Of a DNA stretch of 64,000 nt, positions 12,992-26,623 are shown piece after piece. How positions within the stretch are numbered: position 1 is the first letter of the stretch; every line of letters starts with the position of its first letter. This stretch comes from Vicugna vicugna (taxonomy: Eukaryota): assembly GCA_013265495.1 (NCBI GenBank), contig MU057651.1:2022948-2086947 (forward strand), written 5' to 3'. Position numbers and translations under genes: made by a program. The notes beneath the pieces are model-generated. The model was not told the origin of the DNA. It was given only the letters and a program-made list of their open reading frames with translations, and did not search any database.

Positions 12992-13300
12992 GATTCCACA
13001 GGTTAAGGGCTCCGTGCAAACGAGCCTGCATCTGCCTTTCACGTCAGACGTCAGCTTCAAGTCCGAGCTGTCTCCCGTGATTCTGAGCTACCGGGGACAG
13101 ACTGGAGAGTCTCAGGACTCCCACTTTGGGTTTGATTAATTTGCTAAAGCTGCGAACAGAGCTCAGAGAAACCCTTCGCTGGGCAGATTTCCCGTTTCTA
13201 TGCATGTAAAAGAGTACGAGTCAGGACCATCCGGATGGAGGGGATGCAGAGGGCCCGGTGCGGGGAAGGGCGGAGGGGCTCAGAGTCACGTGAAAAGGAG
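12992..13300 (+). mobile_element. MER21-like LTR fragment inserted into old L1
   Basis: gattccacaggttaagggctc...ttgggtttgattaatttgctaaagctgcgaacagagctcagagaaac...cagagggcccggtgcgggga. Confidence 0.6.
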
Positions 13301-13884
13301 ACGCCGCCTTGGATCAGCGCTCAGGCAGCCTCCAGGCAGCGCAGAGCAGACAGAGACTGGAATTTGTTCATAAGTTCTGCTCTGGAACTGGGGACCGATT
13401 CCCCTCTCTGGGAACATGGCCCAATGTCCTCAAGACGCTGCCAAACCAGGGATGGGATGAGGGCAGGAACGTGTGCAAAATGCCCCAAAGCTTCCCTACC
13501 GTTTCACATCGCCTTTTGCCAAAATTCAGCATTCTCTTGCTTGCTGTAAACCTCGGACTGTTTTTCTAGATTTCTGGCAAAATTGCTCCTGATAGCTGCT
13601 GCTTGCTTTTCAGTGTTCTTGCGGTGAAATTGAGCACCTTGGAGCTGTCTAGTCGATCAGTTTCCTGACACCACTTTGCCAGTGATTTTTAAGTAGTTTA
13701 TTTTTCCTGTGTCTTGCAAGGAAATTGCGGCTGGAGGAAGCAACTCAGGATCAAATGCCATAATGACTTGTACAAAAATCGTATGTGTCAAATATAATAA
13801 ATGCACTTCTTTTGGGGGCATTTGTTTATTGAGATTTTGTTTAGTATAAACAATACCATGATTGTTACATTAGAAAGAACTCCA

Positions 13885-14010
13885 GATTTAGAACAAACAG
13901 AACTGTTTATGGTCCCTCCACCTGCTACCTGCGTGACCTTACGTACGTCATTAAACTCTGAGTCTGCATCTCCTTCTCTGAGACGGTGATGATAGTGATG
14001 ACCGAAGGCT
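13885..14010 (+). mobile_element. MIR fragment
   Basis: cctgctacctgcgtgaccttacgtacgtcattaaactctgagtctgcatctcc matches the MIR core. Confidence 0.55.
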
Positions 14011-16221
14011 ATTCTAAAGTTACACTGAAATTAAGAAAAGACATGAGATGGAGATTAACATTAAAATAATGTTCCATTAAAATAATTGATAAGAATAGCA
14101 AAAATCATACCAAACCATTATCACAAATTCTTCCAGCATCCTGTCCGGTTTAAAATTTTGATTTGAAACCAATGGAAAAATTCAAAGTGACTTTGGTGGA
14201 CTCGCACAGTGTTTCACGAGGGGAGACTCTGGTCCGCTTAGTAAAATGTCCACAGGTAGAAGAAAAAAATATATGGACAGAAAATAGCTCAGTGGGTCTG
14301 TCCCCGAATCCACACTGGTTTTCATCTTGACTTCATTCTACATGGATGCTCACAACTAAAAGGAGAAAAAAAAAAAACTCAGTAACGCCAGCCCAGTGAA
14401 TTATTTAGATTTGGTTCAGAAAAGTGCACTTTATTTCATTTAAAAGTTTCAGAAACCTGCTCTCGAAAAGTCTTTCCACTTAACTAGGCAGCCTGAACTT
14501 TGCCGTTACATAAGGCATGTCGTCCCCTTGTGGATATGAGGAAGCCAAAGGTAAAGGGTGTTTTCTCACAAAATCTACAAGACAAAAACGTCCAAAAGAC
14601 GATTCCAGCACAGTAAAAAAGAAGGCCCCTGTTTCTAAATAAATTCATTGTATGAGGGATGAAAACCAGCAGATTATTTTAAAGCAAATCCCAGAGAATC
14701 TATCAGGCCATTAGTTAGAACTTCAGAATGTTTCTCTTAAAGATGAGAGATTTATTGTAAATACAACTTAGATATTATCACAACTGAAAATAAGAATTCT
14801 GTATTATCTTTAAATATTCAATCAATATTTACCTTCTTTTCATTGCTTCATTTTTTAAAGTAGTTGTTCCTTTGAATCAAAGTCCAAGTAAGGCTGGTAT
14901 TACATTGGTTGACGTGTCTTGTAGGGTAAATTTAATCTCTAAGAGTCTCCTTTCTTCTTTATTTGCCTTTGTAACTTGTTTATTGGAAGATATCCATCAG
15001 CTTTCTTTTCTTCTTTTACTGAGTTATAGTCAATTTACAATGTTGTGTCAATTTCCGTCAGTTTTCATATAGAATTCTCCGCATGGTTTCACATGCCCTT
15101 GTGTCATTTAATAACTTCCTGTGTCACCTGTCTGTCTTGTAAATGTGTACTTAAGATTACAGTCTTGAGCTAATTCAGGTTGATTTTTCATAATACTGAG
15201 TTTGGGGTTATAGCGAGTCACACAAGGGTGAAAGTTCTCTACTGCAGACATGAATATGTCATGGATGAAGATTGAGGTCGTAAGGCCAGGAGGAAAAATC
15301 TCAGTTCAACATCTGGTTAAAAAAACAAAACAAAACCATGAGAATGCAAATCTCGGTTTACAGACTCAGACTTACAAAAGTTCACTTTCCCCCCATAAAT
15401 TAAAGTAAGCTCTGACTTCAAGTTTCCTGTCCCCAGGCTGGCAGAAAGGTTCACTTCACCCTGTCCCATCAGTTGGACACAGCAGGGAACTCTCAAAGAT
15501 TAAATTCCTTAGAAAAAGCAAAGAGATGTCGTGTAGTTTTAAAACATATTTTATGGAGGGATAGTTGTATAAAGGCATACAAATTTCAGCATATAATTGC
15601 AACATATGATTCACAATTTTTGAAGTTTATACTTTATGTATAGCTGTTACAAAATATTGTCTGTATTTCCTGGGCTGCACACTGCACATTTGCACACCTG
15701 CTTTGCTGAGACGAATCACGCCAGCCCATAAGCAGTGTTTCACTATATCTTTACACAGACCCCTTTGTGTCTATATGCTTATACTTAGGGCATTACAACT
15801 TGGAAATGGGGCTGCTGGATCTCGAAGCCTGGGAATCCAAATATTTAGAGATTTTTATCTAATTTCCTCTGAAAAGTGGCTTTGATTTACGCCCCCGAGA
15901 TTGGCCCCATTTTTGGAAATGGTATTCATCGTCCAATTTTTAACCAGAAAAGAAATGGCTGACAGCCAGCTTTGTTCACATACGCCACCTCATTTTATTG
16001 TTGTCATATCATTTGAAGCTGAATCTGTCCAGCTCCAGAATTCCTTCCCTTGGTAACACACTGGGCCGTTCTTGTTGGAAAGACTTTGGAGAGATGGCTT
16101 TCTGATGGTAGGAGACAAGCAGGTTTTTAGCAGTTGTTCTCATGAGAGGAATGTTCTAAATGACCTTTATCTGACTTTCCAGTTTGGAGATTTATGTCAG
16201 GAGTCAAAATTCCACATAACA

Positions 16222-16927
16222 TTGGTGCAGCCATTATGGAAGACAGTACGGAGATTCCTCAAAAGACTAAAAATAGACTTACCTTATGATCCAGCAATCC
16301 CACTCCTGGGCGTATATCCAGAGGGAACCCTAAATCAAAAAGACACCTGCACCCCAATGTCCACAGCAGCACTATTTACAACAGCCAAGATATGGAAACA
16401 ACTTAAATGTCCATTGACAGACGACCAGATAAAGAAGCTGTGGTATATTTATACAGTGGAATACTACTCGGCCATGAAAAAGAATAAAATGCCATTTGCA
16501 GCAATGTGGATGGACCTAGAGATCATCATTCTAAGTGAAATGAGGCAGAAAGAGAAAGAAAAATACCATATAAGATCACTTGTATGTGGAATCTTAAAAA
16601 AAAAAAAGGACGCTATGGACTCATCTACAAAACAAAAACAGACTCGCAGACATAGTAAACAAACTTATGGTTACCGAGGAAAGAGGGTGGGAAGGGGTAA
16701 ATCTGGGAGTTGGAGACTTACAAATGTTAGCCACTATTTATAAAAATAAAATTTGAAAAAAGTTTTTTCCTGTAGAGTACAAGGAACTATATTTAATATC
16801 TTGGAATAACCTTTAATGAAAAAGAATATGAAAATGAATATATGTATGTACGTGCTGACTGGGACATGGTGCTGTTCACCGGAGATTGACACATTGTAAC
16901 TGACTGTACTTCAATTTTAAAAAAAAA
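16222..16927 (+). mobile_element. 5'-truncated young L1: ORF2 C-terminus, 3' UTR and poly(A), with TSD
   Basis: Translation LVQPLWKTVRRFLKRLKIDLPYDPAIPLLGVYP...CTPMSTAALFTTAKIWKQLKCP...LWYIYTVEYYSAMKKN...WMDLEIIILSE is the L1 ORF2p C-terminus. A-tail at 16919-16927. TSD at 16206-16221 and 16924-16938. Confidence 0.95.
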
Positions 16928-18661
16928 TCTGTGTAACAGAACTTAAGAGATTTGCATCTGGCATATGTAGAGCCCCCAAAAAGATGTGCATGTGTCTGTG
17001 TTTAAGAGAATGGCTACAATATTTAATCCTTTAGTCCATTATGGCAGTATTTTTCCTTCAGTTGTTTTTTGAAATGGATGTTCTCTGAGGAATTTTATGC
17101 TATTTTTCCTTTTTTTTTTGTCCCTACAAACAAATAAATCACTCTTTCCCAGCAAGCTTTTCATTTGTGACAAATTTAGAAACCTGACTGACTGAAAAAT
17201 GGGAGGGTTTATTTTTCTTTCCCTTTTGTGAATGAGGCATTAAGTCTAAAATTGCCTTCGGTGACAAATTCCTTTCACCCCTAATCCTTCATAGAAACAC
17301 CTTAGTGAATTGCAAGTGATGGAGGCTTCAAAGAAAGAGGCGATCTCAGTTTTATAAATGAAGCCCATTTTGAAAAATCGAAGTAACACAGACACACTTA
17401 CCTTATGCTTTTTTTTTTTTGGTTTAAATTGGACTTAAATGGCTTAAAGCATCATGCAAAATAAAACGGAATCAAGTTTTCTAATTCTTTTTCACCCAAG
17501 GTGAAATTTTGTCTCTTCTATTATTTGTGGTAAGAATTTAAGGAAAAATAGTATAAATAAATAGCCATGGCTTTGGGTTTTTTTTTTTTTTTTCAGAACT
17601 CTCTCTGTTTTTTTACAGAAGAAAGTTTTAAAATATTAACATAGTGGTCAGCTCTGCTCAGCCCTGGTCAACTAACATCTTAATCTAACATCCCCGCCTC
17701 TTTCAAACTTTATAAGAAAATGCTTTCTGGCTTTAGACTTTAAACATGTTTTCAAGTACATATTTAGTCTGGAGCTTCTTAAATTATTAAGTAGGATAGC
17801 ATGTATAAATTTGACTTCACTTCATGAACAAGTTAGTTTATGTCTCTTTAAATGGGAGACAAGATAAAGTCTGTGACATAACATGAAATCATTACTCCTC
17901 CTCGTCCCGTTAATAATTTTATTAGGTTGATAAGTGTCCATTAAATCTATCAGCTGTCAGGAAGATACACACAGCACGAGGAAAGAAGGACTTCCCAAAT
18001 TACACACGGACAAAAATTGGAGACATAAGACGGTAATTAGACTATAATTATTAGCAGGACCTCTTCAGGACCCGGAGGAATAGATTAATCTTGTCAAAAT
18101 TAAAACTCCATTTAGAAAACACAGAAAAAAGAATGTTGAAGAAATATGGAATTTAGTGGACCATCAGATTTTTTTTTTTTACCGGTTTTACACATCCTGA
18201 AATTATATCAATTTCCCACGTCCACCTAAAATGCCCCTTTGTGTTTTAGTGTCTCAGATGTTAACGTGTGTGGGGGGGTTACTCTTCCATCATACATTTT
18301 TATTTATTACCCCAAACCAGCTCAGCCCTGACATTTTTTTACCTAGAACTTAGCAAAGGTTTTCCTCAGTCAGTCTCTAAATTCATGCGTCTTTGTACCC
18401 AGTTTTTGTTGTTCAGGGAAGAATCTCTACCTTTTGAAAAAAATACAACTATTAGAATTCTATGATTCATTATGTGTGGCTTTGTCGGGTTTTCAGATAA
18501 GCGAGTATCAGATCAAAATCTCTCCCAATGGCATTTTAAAAAGAAGTTTGGTTTCTTCAGCTGTGTTTTGTTAGTGTTGATGCCTTTGGTGGGATTAACT
18601 CAATGCCACCTGAAAGTTTCATGTTGGAGAATGGTTTCCTTAAGCTCTCCGAATATTCATC

Positions 18662-18767
18662 TTTTTTTTTTAAGTTTTTTTTTCTTAATGGAGGGACTGG
18701 GGATTGAACCGAGGACCTCATGCCTGCTAAGCACACGTTCTACCACCGAGCTAAACCCTCTCCCACC
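18662..18767 (-). mobile_element. vic-1-like tRNA-Ala SINE
   Basis: ggagggactggggattgaaccgaggacctcatgcctgctaagcacacgttctaccaccgagcta; T-tail; TSD-like aatattcatctt / aatattagtctt. Confidence 0.85.
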
Positions 18768-18779
18768 AATATTAGTCTT

Positions 18780-19115
18780 AAAAACAAGACAACAAGCCCT
18801 GAATGGAATTACTTATGCTAAGGTTTACATCACCAAGCCAAGACTTGACTTCATAATAGTTCGGCGCTCCCTGATATGGAACCTTCAGCCAGTCAATCAA
18901 GAATCATCTGATCCACACGCCTCAGGTAATCTTCCGGAAAGACCCCTGGCATCTCTTGTAATAACCAAGCCACTTTCTCACCTACTACAACTCGCTCCCT
19001 TCTGCCTACAAAATCCTCAGAGCTCCTTTCTACCTGCTGGATGGGCGCTGCTCGATTCCTGAGTCATCGAATAAAGCCAGTGAAGTCTTCAAAACTTCGT
19101 TGAATTTTTTTAACA
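18780..19115 (+). mobile_element. ERV1-type LTR (MER34/MER39-like)
   Basis: gccagtcaatcaagaat...ctcgattcctgagtcatcgaataaagcc...ttttttaaca end. Confidence 0.55.
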
Positions 19116-20059
19116 TGATTTATTTATGTGGGTACAGTCATGACAACTCCCTGGTGTTGGCATGAAGATTAAAATAGATTGTAAGACAAAATGCCTAGCA
19201 CTTGTAATCCTTTTTTTTTTTTTCTTCAAGAAATACCGGCTTCGTTTCTTTCTACGGATTCCCACCACGTTCAGAGTTTATAGTATTTCTGTTTTAAGTG
19301 GAGGAAGGGAATGTCAGGGACACAGCGAGCAGGAGGGGCAGCCAGTGGGTGCAGATAACAGAGCACTGCAGGCATCCAAGAACTTGGAGAACGTTTTTAC
19401 CTCCATGCGAAATTTCTTGTAAAATCCAGCTGAATGCATGTGACTCCAGGCGATCACAGACAAGACAACTTACACATTCAATACGGGCACCAAAATTATC
19501 TTGTTTCATAACCCAGTTCTTAAAAATACTTGGTGTGTGACGCTTCGCACAGATGTTCAGTCTTTTAAGCTAATTTATAAGCCATAGTATCAACATTTCT
19601 GAGAAAAGTTTTGTAAAATGTGAACTGAAATCTATTTCAGAACTGTCAGGAAGCAAACAAAAAAGCCAACTGTATTTTAAGCCAAGAGGATATATATCTT
19701 TGCTCAATTGTTAGAAGCGTGGAATAATAAATTCCTTTTTTTTTCAAGATGTACTCATTAAATGATCGCACTTTCCTATTCCCTGAAGAAGCACTAACAA
19801 AATATAATATGTTGAATTTGGGGCTCCTACGCTTTCTATGCTAATCTAATGCTTATCTTAGCATGTCATGAATACATATTTGTGGAACTGAAGTGAAATC
19901 AATTAAACTGAATTGAAGAAGGAATCAGGGCGCCCTTCCCCGGTGGCAGCCACTCCAGAGTCTGAATGCTCAGGTATGAGTTCTTAAATTATTCTCCTTG
20001 TTTTTTTTCTTTTTAAGTGTAAGTGAAGAACATCAGCAGTAAGTAGTTTTATTTTTTCT

Positions 20060-20180
20060 TTTGAATCCTGAATTTGGAGATCCAGTAGAGACAAAAGCGA
20101 TCAGGATCCCTCTGGCCATCGGCTTTTTAACAAAGTCCCCCAGGTGACTATTTAGCACAGGGAAGTTTGGGAGCCGTCCC
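20060..20180. mobile_element. MER5-like hAT-Charlie fragment
   Basis: ttttaacaaagtcccccaggtgactatttagcacagggaagtttgggagccg. Confidence 0.55.
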
Positions 20181-21139
20181 CTCAATGCAGAGAATGTCCT
20201 TCATAGTGAGACGCCATGCTCCACTCTTTGACTAAAGCCATGACGCAACATCAAGTCATAGTAAAGGTCAAATCCTAATTCAGTGTCTATTTATTCGTGT
20301 GTACGTGTGTGTGAGTATGTGGCATGTGGACCCACGTGGTAATGCAACACCCCACCATCACTCAGGGGTCCTTCTGCTGGTCCTTCCCCTCTGCCCTGGA
20401 GCGTCTGCCATCGCCCTTGTCTGGTGCCTCCATCCCCGTCAGATTCTTCCCTCTGAAGCTGTCCCTGAGCATTGCATTCTCACTGATCCAAGATGAAGAG
20501 GAAAAAAAATTGAATCTTTCCTGTGACCCCAAATATGATCCTCTCTTTTATATGCTTTCTAATTTTTCCCCTCCACTTTCATTTTTTAAAAAATTGCTAA
20601 GCACAAGAATTAGTGATGCTAATGCAATGACCAATTCCCCAGCTGGGTACTGTCTAATTAAACATTCATCTTGGGGTGAGAGAGAAGGTCTCTCCCTCCG
20701 TTTCTGAGGGTATAAACTCAAAAGGTGAATAAATTTAACTAAATATATGGCTTCACAACCAAATCAATGAGCAGTGTGAGCCTTGGACTAGATTCTACAG
20801 AACTGACTGCTAACTTGTTGGCTGAAGGACCATGAGCTCAGGAGTTTGGACAGGAGGTGAGATGGGACTTCAGCCTGAACGGACTTCCCCTTGGAGAAGG
20901 TCAATGACCACCTCTTTAACTACTTACCTCCAGGTCTCTGCTTCTCCCCTGAGCCCCCCAACCCCGGTCCACATCTCCAACTATCTGCAGAACACCTCTA
21001 TACGAAGAGCATCCCTGATCATAATTATATTTCAAGCACCGAAAGCCTCTCCTCTCAAGGTTTTCTCATTTCTTTTCAGTCAACTGCCGTTTAAGATCTC
21101 ATCATATCTTTAATATCGCACTTATTTTTATTCTTCTTT

Positions 21140-21543
21140 TTAAAATTAGTAGACTATTTTTTAAGCAGTTTTAGGCTTAGAGAAAAGGTAGTAGCAATTA
21201 AAAAGTGTTTCCATATCCTCCATCACCTTCCTCCCTGTTATTAATGTCTTGCATTAATGTGGTACATTTCTTCCAATGGATACGGTATTATTAACTGAAG
21301 TTCATAGTTTATATCCGGTTCATAGTTTACTCTTTTTGTTGTCCGTTCTGCGGGTTTAACAAATGCGTAATGACATGTGTCTACCAGTATAATGTCATGC
21401 AGAACAGTTTTACTGTCCTAAATATCCCCCCTGCTCCAATTAGTCATCCTTCTCACCCTCTCATCCCCAACCCTTGGAAAACCACTCATCATTTTACTGT
21501 CTGCATAGGTTTATTTTTTCTAGGATGTTATAGAGTTTGGAGT
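21140..21543 (-). mobile_element. L1MC-like 3' fragment
   Basis: tagactattttttaagcagttttagg; taatgacatgtgtctaccagtataatgtcatgcagaacagttttactgtcctaaa; cttggaaaaccactcatc. Confidence 0.8.
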
Positions 21544-21935
21544 TGTGGACAAAGGGTGCCACCTGCCATTCCAGGGAATGAAAAACGTTGCCTTCACAAA
21601 GCCCTCATCCGCTGCAGCCGCCCCCAGCACTGCCCCCTGAGGGGATTCGGGATGGAGTAAAACGGGATGCTGGCCCCAGATAGTTAAGGTGCCTGCCAAA
21701 GGCATGATTTCAATGAGTTCAGACTTTTGAATCTTCCCATACATAGAAAAGCACTAAAATCATTAACTTGAGATGTTTCTTGATTAGCAGTAACTTTTGA
21801 CATTCAAATGCTTTTTTTTAATAAAAAAAAGGTATAAATCCTGGCTCCTCCCTTACCTCTTTGGAACAGTCCTTCAGAGCCATTGGAGAGGCTGTATCTC
21901 GGGCTTAAGTCCCCAGTAAGTCCGCTCAGTAAGTG
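21544..21935 (+). mobile_element. ERV1-type LTR (family A, copy 2), interrupting L1MC
   Basis: TGTGGAC start, colinear similarity to 2804-3231, TATAAA at about 21833. Confidence 0.75.
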
Positions 21936-22929
21936 TGAGCACCGAGGGTGAACGTGCAGGGTCTTTGATTGACAAGGGACTGTGAACACAAGCATTAGGG
22001 GGCTGGTGATCAGCTTATGCACAGGCACCTGATTGGTTGCAAGCGAGCGAAGACCTGTCGGGGGCTCCTCTGAGTAATGGGACTTAGGACTCTGTTAAGG
22101 GCGGATGTGCAGTGATGCCTGCCCGCCCCTGCCCAGGGGATGGTGAGATCATCCATCTCCTGGGGGCAGTTAGTTTTGTTAGGGTACACACACATGCAGG
22201 AAAGATGTTTTTATCTTGAAGAAAGAAAGGCAGGCACGCAGAGAGCCCTGCAGTGAGGGGTTTATGCCTTTAGAGAGATTTCAGAGAGCGCCAGCTTGCT
22301 CCACAGACAGGGGGACAGAGATCACCGTTACGTGGGAACCCAGGACCAAATTGAGTTCAAAATCCAGGTGGGCACCCCAAAGGTGTGAGAGGTGTGGGCA
22401 CATCACAGCCTCATACCCTTTCACACCAGAGGCAGAAGTAACCCCATCTCACTGAGAGCCAACCGTTTATCTTGAATATGCTGTAAACATCAGTGGCTTA
22501 AATCATGGAAACGCCATCCTATCTATCCTCACACTAAAGACAACACCTCTCTCGAAGGTCTAGGGAGCAATATTTGCAACGCTTTGGGAATACAGAGCCT
22601 ACTTACAGGACTTCAAAAGTTAATCCTCCACCCCTGGTGTGCATAATCCCGATTGCGACAATCCCAGTGTTGGCAAATCCGCCTGGATTTGTAGGATAAG
22701 GTTAATTTACAGACAAATATATCACACTGCCTCCACTTAACTCTTTCAAATTATCCCTCTTTGACGTTGATCACAGACAATGAACAAGGTCCCTGACGTC
22801 TCTCAGGCCACCCGAGTCACAAAAGCGCAGACTCAAGCATCTGACGGTTAGGGGGTTATTTTACAGGTGTTCTAACCACAACCAGGTAGGCAGCTCTGGG
22901 CAGCAAAGAGCTCTCTGCAGGAGGCCCCC

Positions 22930-23440
22930 TTTGTCTTGCGACTCACCTCAAGCCAGGCACCCCCATGCCTTTCTTCTGATCACACAGTACCTTGCCTAAC
23001 CTGTTGGTTCCTTCCTAGATCAGAGAAGTAGAAACTGGGAATAAGTCCTTAACAGGCGACCAGACGGCTTCCTTGGCTTCCCCTGCATTATCTCACAAAC
23101 TACACCAACGAGAAATCACCTGAAGGACATTCACAGAGAACTGACAGTCCCGCACACGGCAGGGATGGCTCGGCAGCCCGCACACAGGGCCTGCACCCAG
23201 TCCCGGGCTGGGGGTGGCACTGACTCCCATTGACCTCCCATCTCAGTGGTTAGTTTCCTTTTTCCCTTTAAAACTTCCATGGCTGAGCAGAATCTTTGGA
23301 GATAGTCCTGGGGGACAAAAGTCTGCTGTCTCCCCAAACTGTAGCATTCTGATTAAAACCATCTTTCCTTTCTATCAGCATTGCCTCTGTTTATTGATTT
23401 AGTGCACAATGAGCAGCCATCCCATGTTGGGTAAGAAAAG
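22930..23440 (+). mobile_element. ERV1-type LTR
   Basis: ccctttaaaacttccatggctgagcagaatctttggag...ctgattaaaaccatctttcctttc has the U3-R-U5 layout. Confidence 0.55.
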
Positions 23441-23857
23441 AATCAGATCTAGACTGCCATCTCAAAGTCTGAATTTATTTTTCATTGCTGCCATAATGAA
23501 TTACGGCACGTTTATAATTGCAGGGAACGGTTCAATCTATTTGCTAACGTGTAAGATGAGGAGTATCTTAGAGTCCTCCTCCATCTTCATCCTAATCCCA
23601 AAGACCTGCTGGGTGTACCTCATCATGTGACAGAATCGCTTACTTACAGCAAGTGAGGTGGTCCCAGAAGAAGTTCTGCATCTTCCCACCAGCATGGGCT
23701 GAACATGTGTGGTTTGCAGACAGAAGTGTGAGAGCCAGCTGTGCAGAATCATGTCAAGAAGCCTTCAGTGTGTTTACGACTCCTTTTTAAAAAGTTCCAA
23801 CTGGAAAGTCAGTAACTTTTGTTTAGTATTATTTATTTTAGTTTTCTCTCTCTCTCT

Positions 23858-24232
23858 TTTTTTTTTAAATTGAAGTATAGTCGATTTACAAGGTTGTGTT
23901 AATTTCTGGTGTACAGCATAGTGATTATATACACTGATATATATATATAGACATATATAGACATTTTTATACACACACACACACACACATTTTAATATTA
24001 TTTTCATTATAGTCCATACAGGGTATTGAATACGGTTGTCTGTTTTATCTAGTAAGACCTTGTCGTTTATCTCTTTTATAGGTAGCAGTTAGTATCTGCA
24101 AATCTTGAACTCCCAATTTATCCCTCCCCACCCTCTTTCCTCTCTGGTAAACTTAAGTTTGTTTTCTGTGTCTGTGAGTCTGTTTCTGTTTTGTAAATAA
24201 GTTCACTTGTGTCTTTTTTTTAAGATTCCATT
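23858..24232 (-). mobile_element. Young artiodactyl-type L1 3' UTR with poly(A)
   Basis: T-run then aaattgaagtatagtcgatttacaa...gtctgtgagtctgtttctgttttgtaaataagttc...agattcca. Confidence 0.85.
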
Positions 24233-26094
24233 TATATCAGATTTCAACACATTTTGATGCTATCAAATGGGATACTGTCACTCTAGTGTTTATCATGACG
24301 TTACACTGCAGGATAACAAGGATGTCACTGTGGGATTTTCCCTGGCAAAATCGTCCCTCTCACCATCAACCCAGCCCTTGTCCATCTCCCAACACAGCCA
24401 ATGCCATGGGCACAGCAGTCTGTCCACGTAGAAAATGAAACCAAGTGTCCGCATTCATTGGAAGCTTTCATTTCTCTTGCCTTGATGTCTGGATCATCCT
24501 TCCATATTTTCCAAATTTTTCACATGCAACCTTTCTCAACCCAAAAGGCTCACTGTAAAAGGCATCTCTTTTTGAAGCGTTATTTATTTTCCCCAGGTTG
24601 AATTACTCACGCCCACCTGTGTACTTTGAACACATTGTATGTGAACACAATGAATGCATTGCTACATTATTATGATTATTATCTCCCTTAAGAATGGGAT
24701 TATTATCTCCCATCTGCACTTTGCTGTAGGGCTTGGCACAAAGTAAAAGACACAGAAAATGTTTTTGAAGTTTGCCTGAATCGAATCAGATTCAACTGAA
24801 GGGAACTGAACGGCGCTGAGGTTTACAGAATTGCCAGGGACCAGAATGCATCTGAAGATCTTGTTTTCAAACAAGTGAATCTACACTTAATTGGAGTAAT
24901 TTCACCACCGTTAATAATAGACCTCTAATTTAATATCGACTTCACTTTTAAACTTATTGTAATAATTCTCATCCGTAGTCACCGCCTTGGAAATATTTCT
25001 CTTGTCCCTCTGGGATTAGTTTAAAATTACAAAACCACAGGGGATGCGTTGGATTTTAGAGACTGGATTCACTCTGGGATGGTCAGTTTGTCTAGCTGGA
25101 GGCTTTATATGGAGTGGCACACGTGACTAAGATGTTCAGAAGGAGAACTCCAGTGTCAAAGACCGATTCTGGTCTCCCCGGTCTTTGTTTTGCTTTGTTT
25201 TTGAGTCACACCACGTGTCCATCACAGTCCTCTGCTTTGACTTCCAGAATGCTCCCATGTTCCCAGGACTCTTCCTCCCTATGGAGGACCTGCGTTCCTC
25301 CTGTGAACCACCCAGCTCCCTGAAACTTCCCCTCTCAAGGGTTGAGCTGTTTAAGGCGGGAGCTATTTCTCAGTCTCCTCACCATAGTTCTAGGAGAAAA
25401 TCTCGTTAGTATCTTAGCCACGTAATTTCACGCTGATTAATCTCTGTCTTCCATCGTTAATGGAAACCTTGCAAAGGAAGGGATACAGTCTTACTCAGGT
25501 TTGGCCATCACCTGCCACAGCACATGTAGTATTCATACTTCTCCATAAAGGCTGCATCAAATGCTTTTTTTTTTTTGTAAACATGAAAATCCTTTTCAGA
25601 TTTCTTTCCATTAGTGGAAACAGATACTAATGGACATCTTTCATAAAAGCTAAGTGGCCTAAAGCGAACTTTTGAGAAGTAGAGGATGTCTGTCCTGCCA
25701 AACGGCCAGGAAGCAAAACAGGTAATGTGGCTTCCAGAGAAATAGTCCAGCTGCAGAGATGGTGGGTCCAGATCTGGGTGGGAAATGAGGATGTGCCCCA
25801 AGACCTCCACAGGGTGGGTGGGGAGCAGCCTCTACCCCAGAAATGAGGCTGCATGGAAAAGAATAGGTGGTGGAGAACGGGCTCGAATCTGGACGCTGCT
25901 GATAAAAAAGCAGAGAGCAAGGGAGTATGAGAGAGCAGGGTGTATGCATCTTCTTGAATTAATTCTCATTTTGTGGCTGGCTTTATTCCTTTGATAACTA
26001 TGTAAGTTTAAAATGCTAAAGCTCTAAACGTTCTTAGAAACAGTAAACAGTACATATATATAAATTTAAAAATACATGTGCAGGTAAAAAAAAA

Positions 26095-26623
26095 AAAACA
26101 GAAATGAGCCATCAAGCGATGAAAGACATGGCAGAAACTTAAAAGATGTATTGCTAAATGATGGAAGCCGGTCTGAGAAGTCTACAAACTGTACGATAAC
26201 AACCAAATGACATTCTGGAAAAGGCACAGCTACAGAAACAATGAAAACATTGTGGTTTCCAGGGGGTTGGGGAGAGGGAGGCGGGGAGGATGAACAGATG
26301 GAGCACAAGGGATTTTTAAGGTTATGAAATTATTCTGTGTGATGCCATAGTGGTGGCTACACATCACTGTGCATTTGTCAAAACCCACAGAATGTCCAAC
26401 ATCAAGAGTGAACCCTCATGTAAAATGTGGACTTTGGTTGATAATAACGTGTCCACGTTGGTTCATCGATGGCACCAAAGATGCCACACTGACGAGGGAT
26501 GCTGAGGGTCGGGGAGGATGTATGTGTGGGTGGGGAGGGCTGCGTGTGAACTCTGTATTTTCTGTTCAATTCTGCTGTAAACCTCCTCTAAAAAAATAAA
26601 GTCTATTAATTAAAAAAAAAAAA
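26095..26623 (+). mobile_element. L1MB/L1MC-type 3' end with poly(A)
   Basis: gacattctggaaaaggc...gcatttgtcaaaacccacagaatg...gtgaaccctcatgtaaaatgtggactttgg...aaaataaagtctattaattaaaaaaa. Confidence 0.85.

Noticed and set aside
16072..16743. 223-aa ORF as a host gene
   Set aside because: It is the L1 ORF2p C-terminus read in from flanking DNA; the element is 5'-truncated and has no real start.
18472..19062. 196-aa ORF
   Set aside because: It runs through an antisense SINE and an LTR, so it is a chance ORF.
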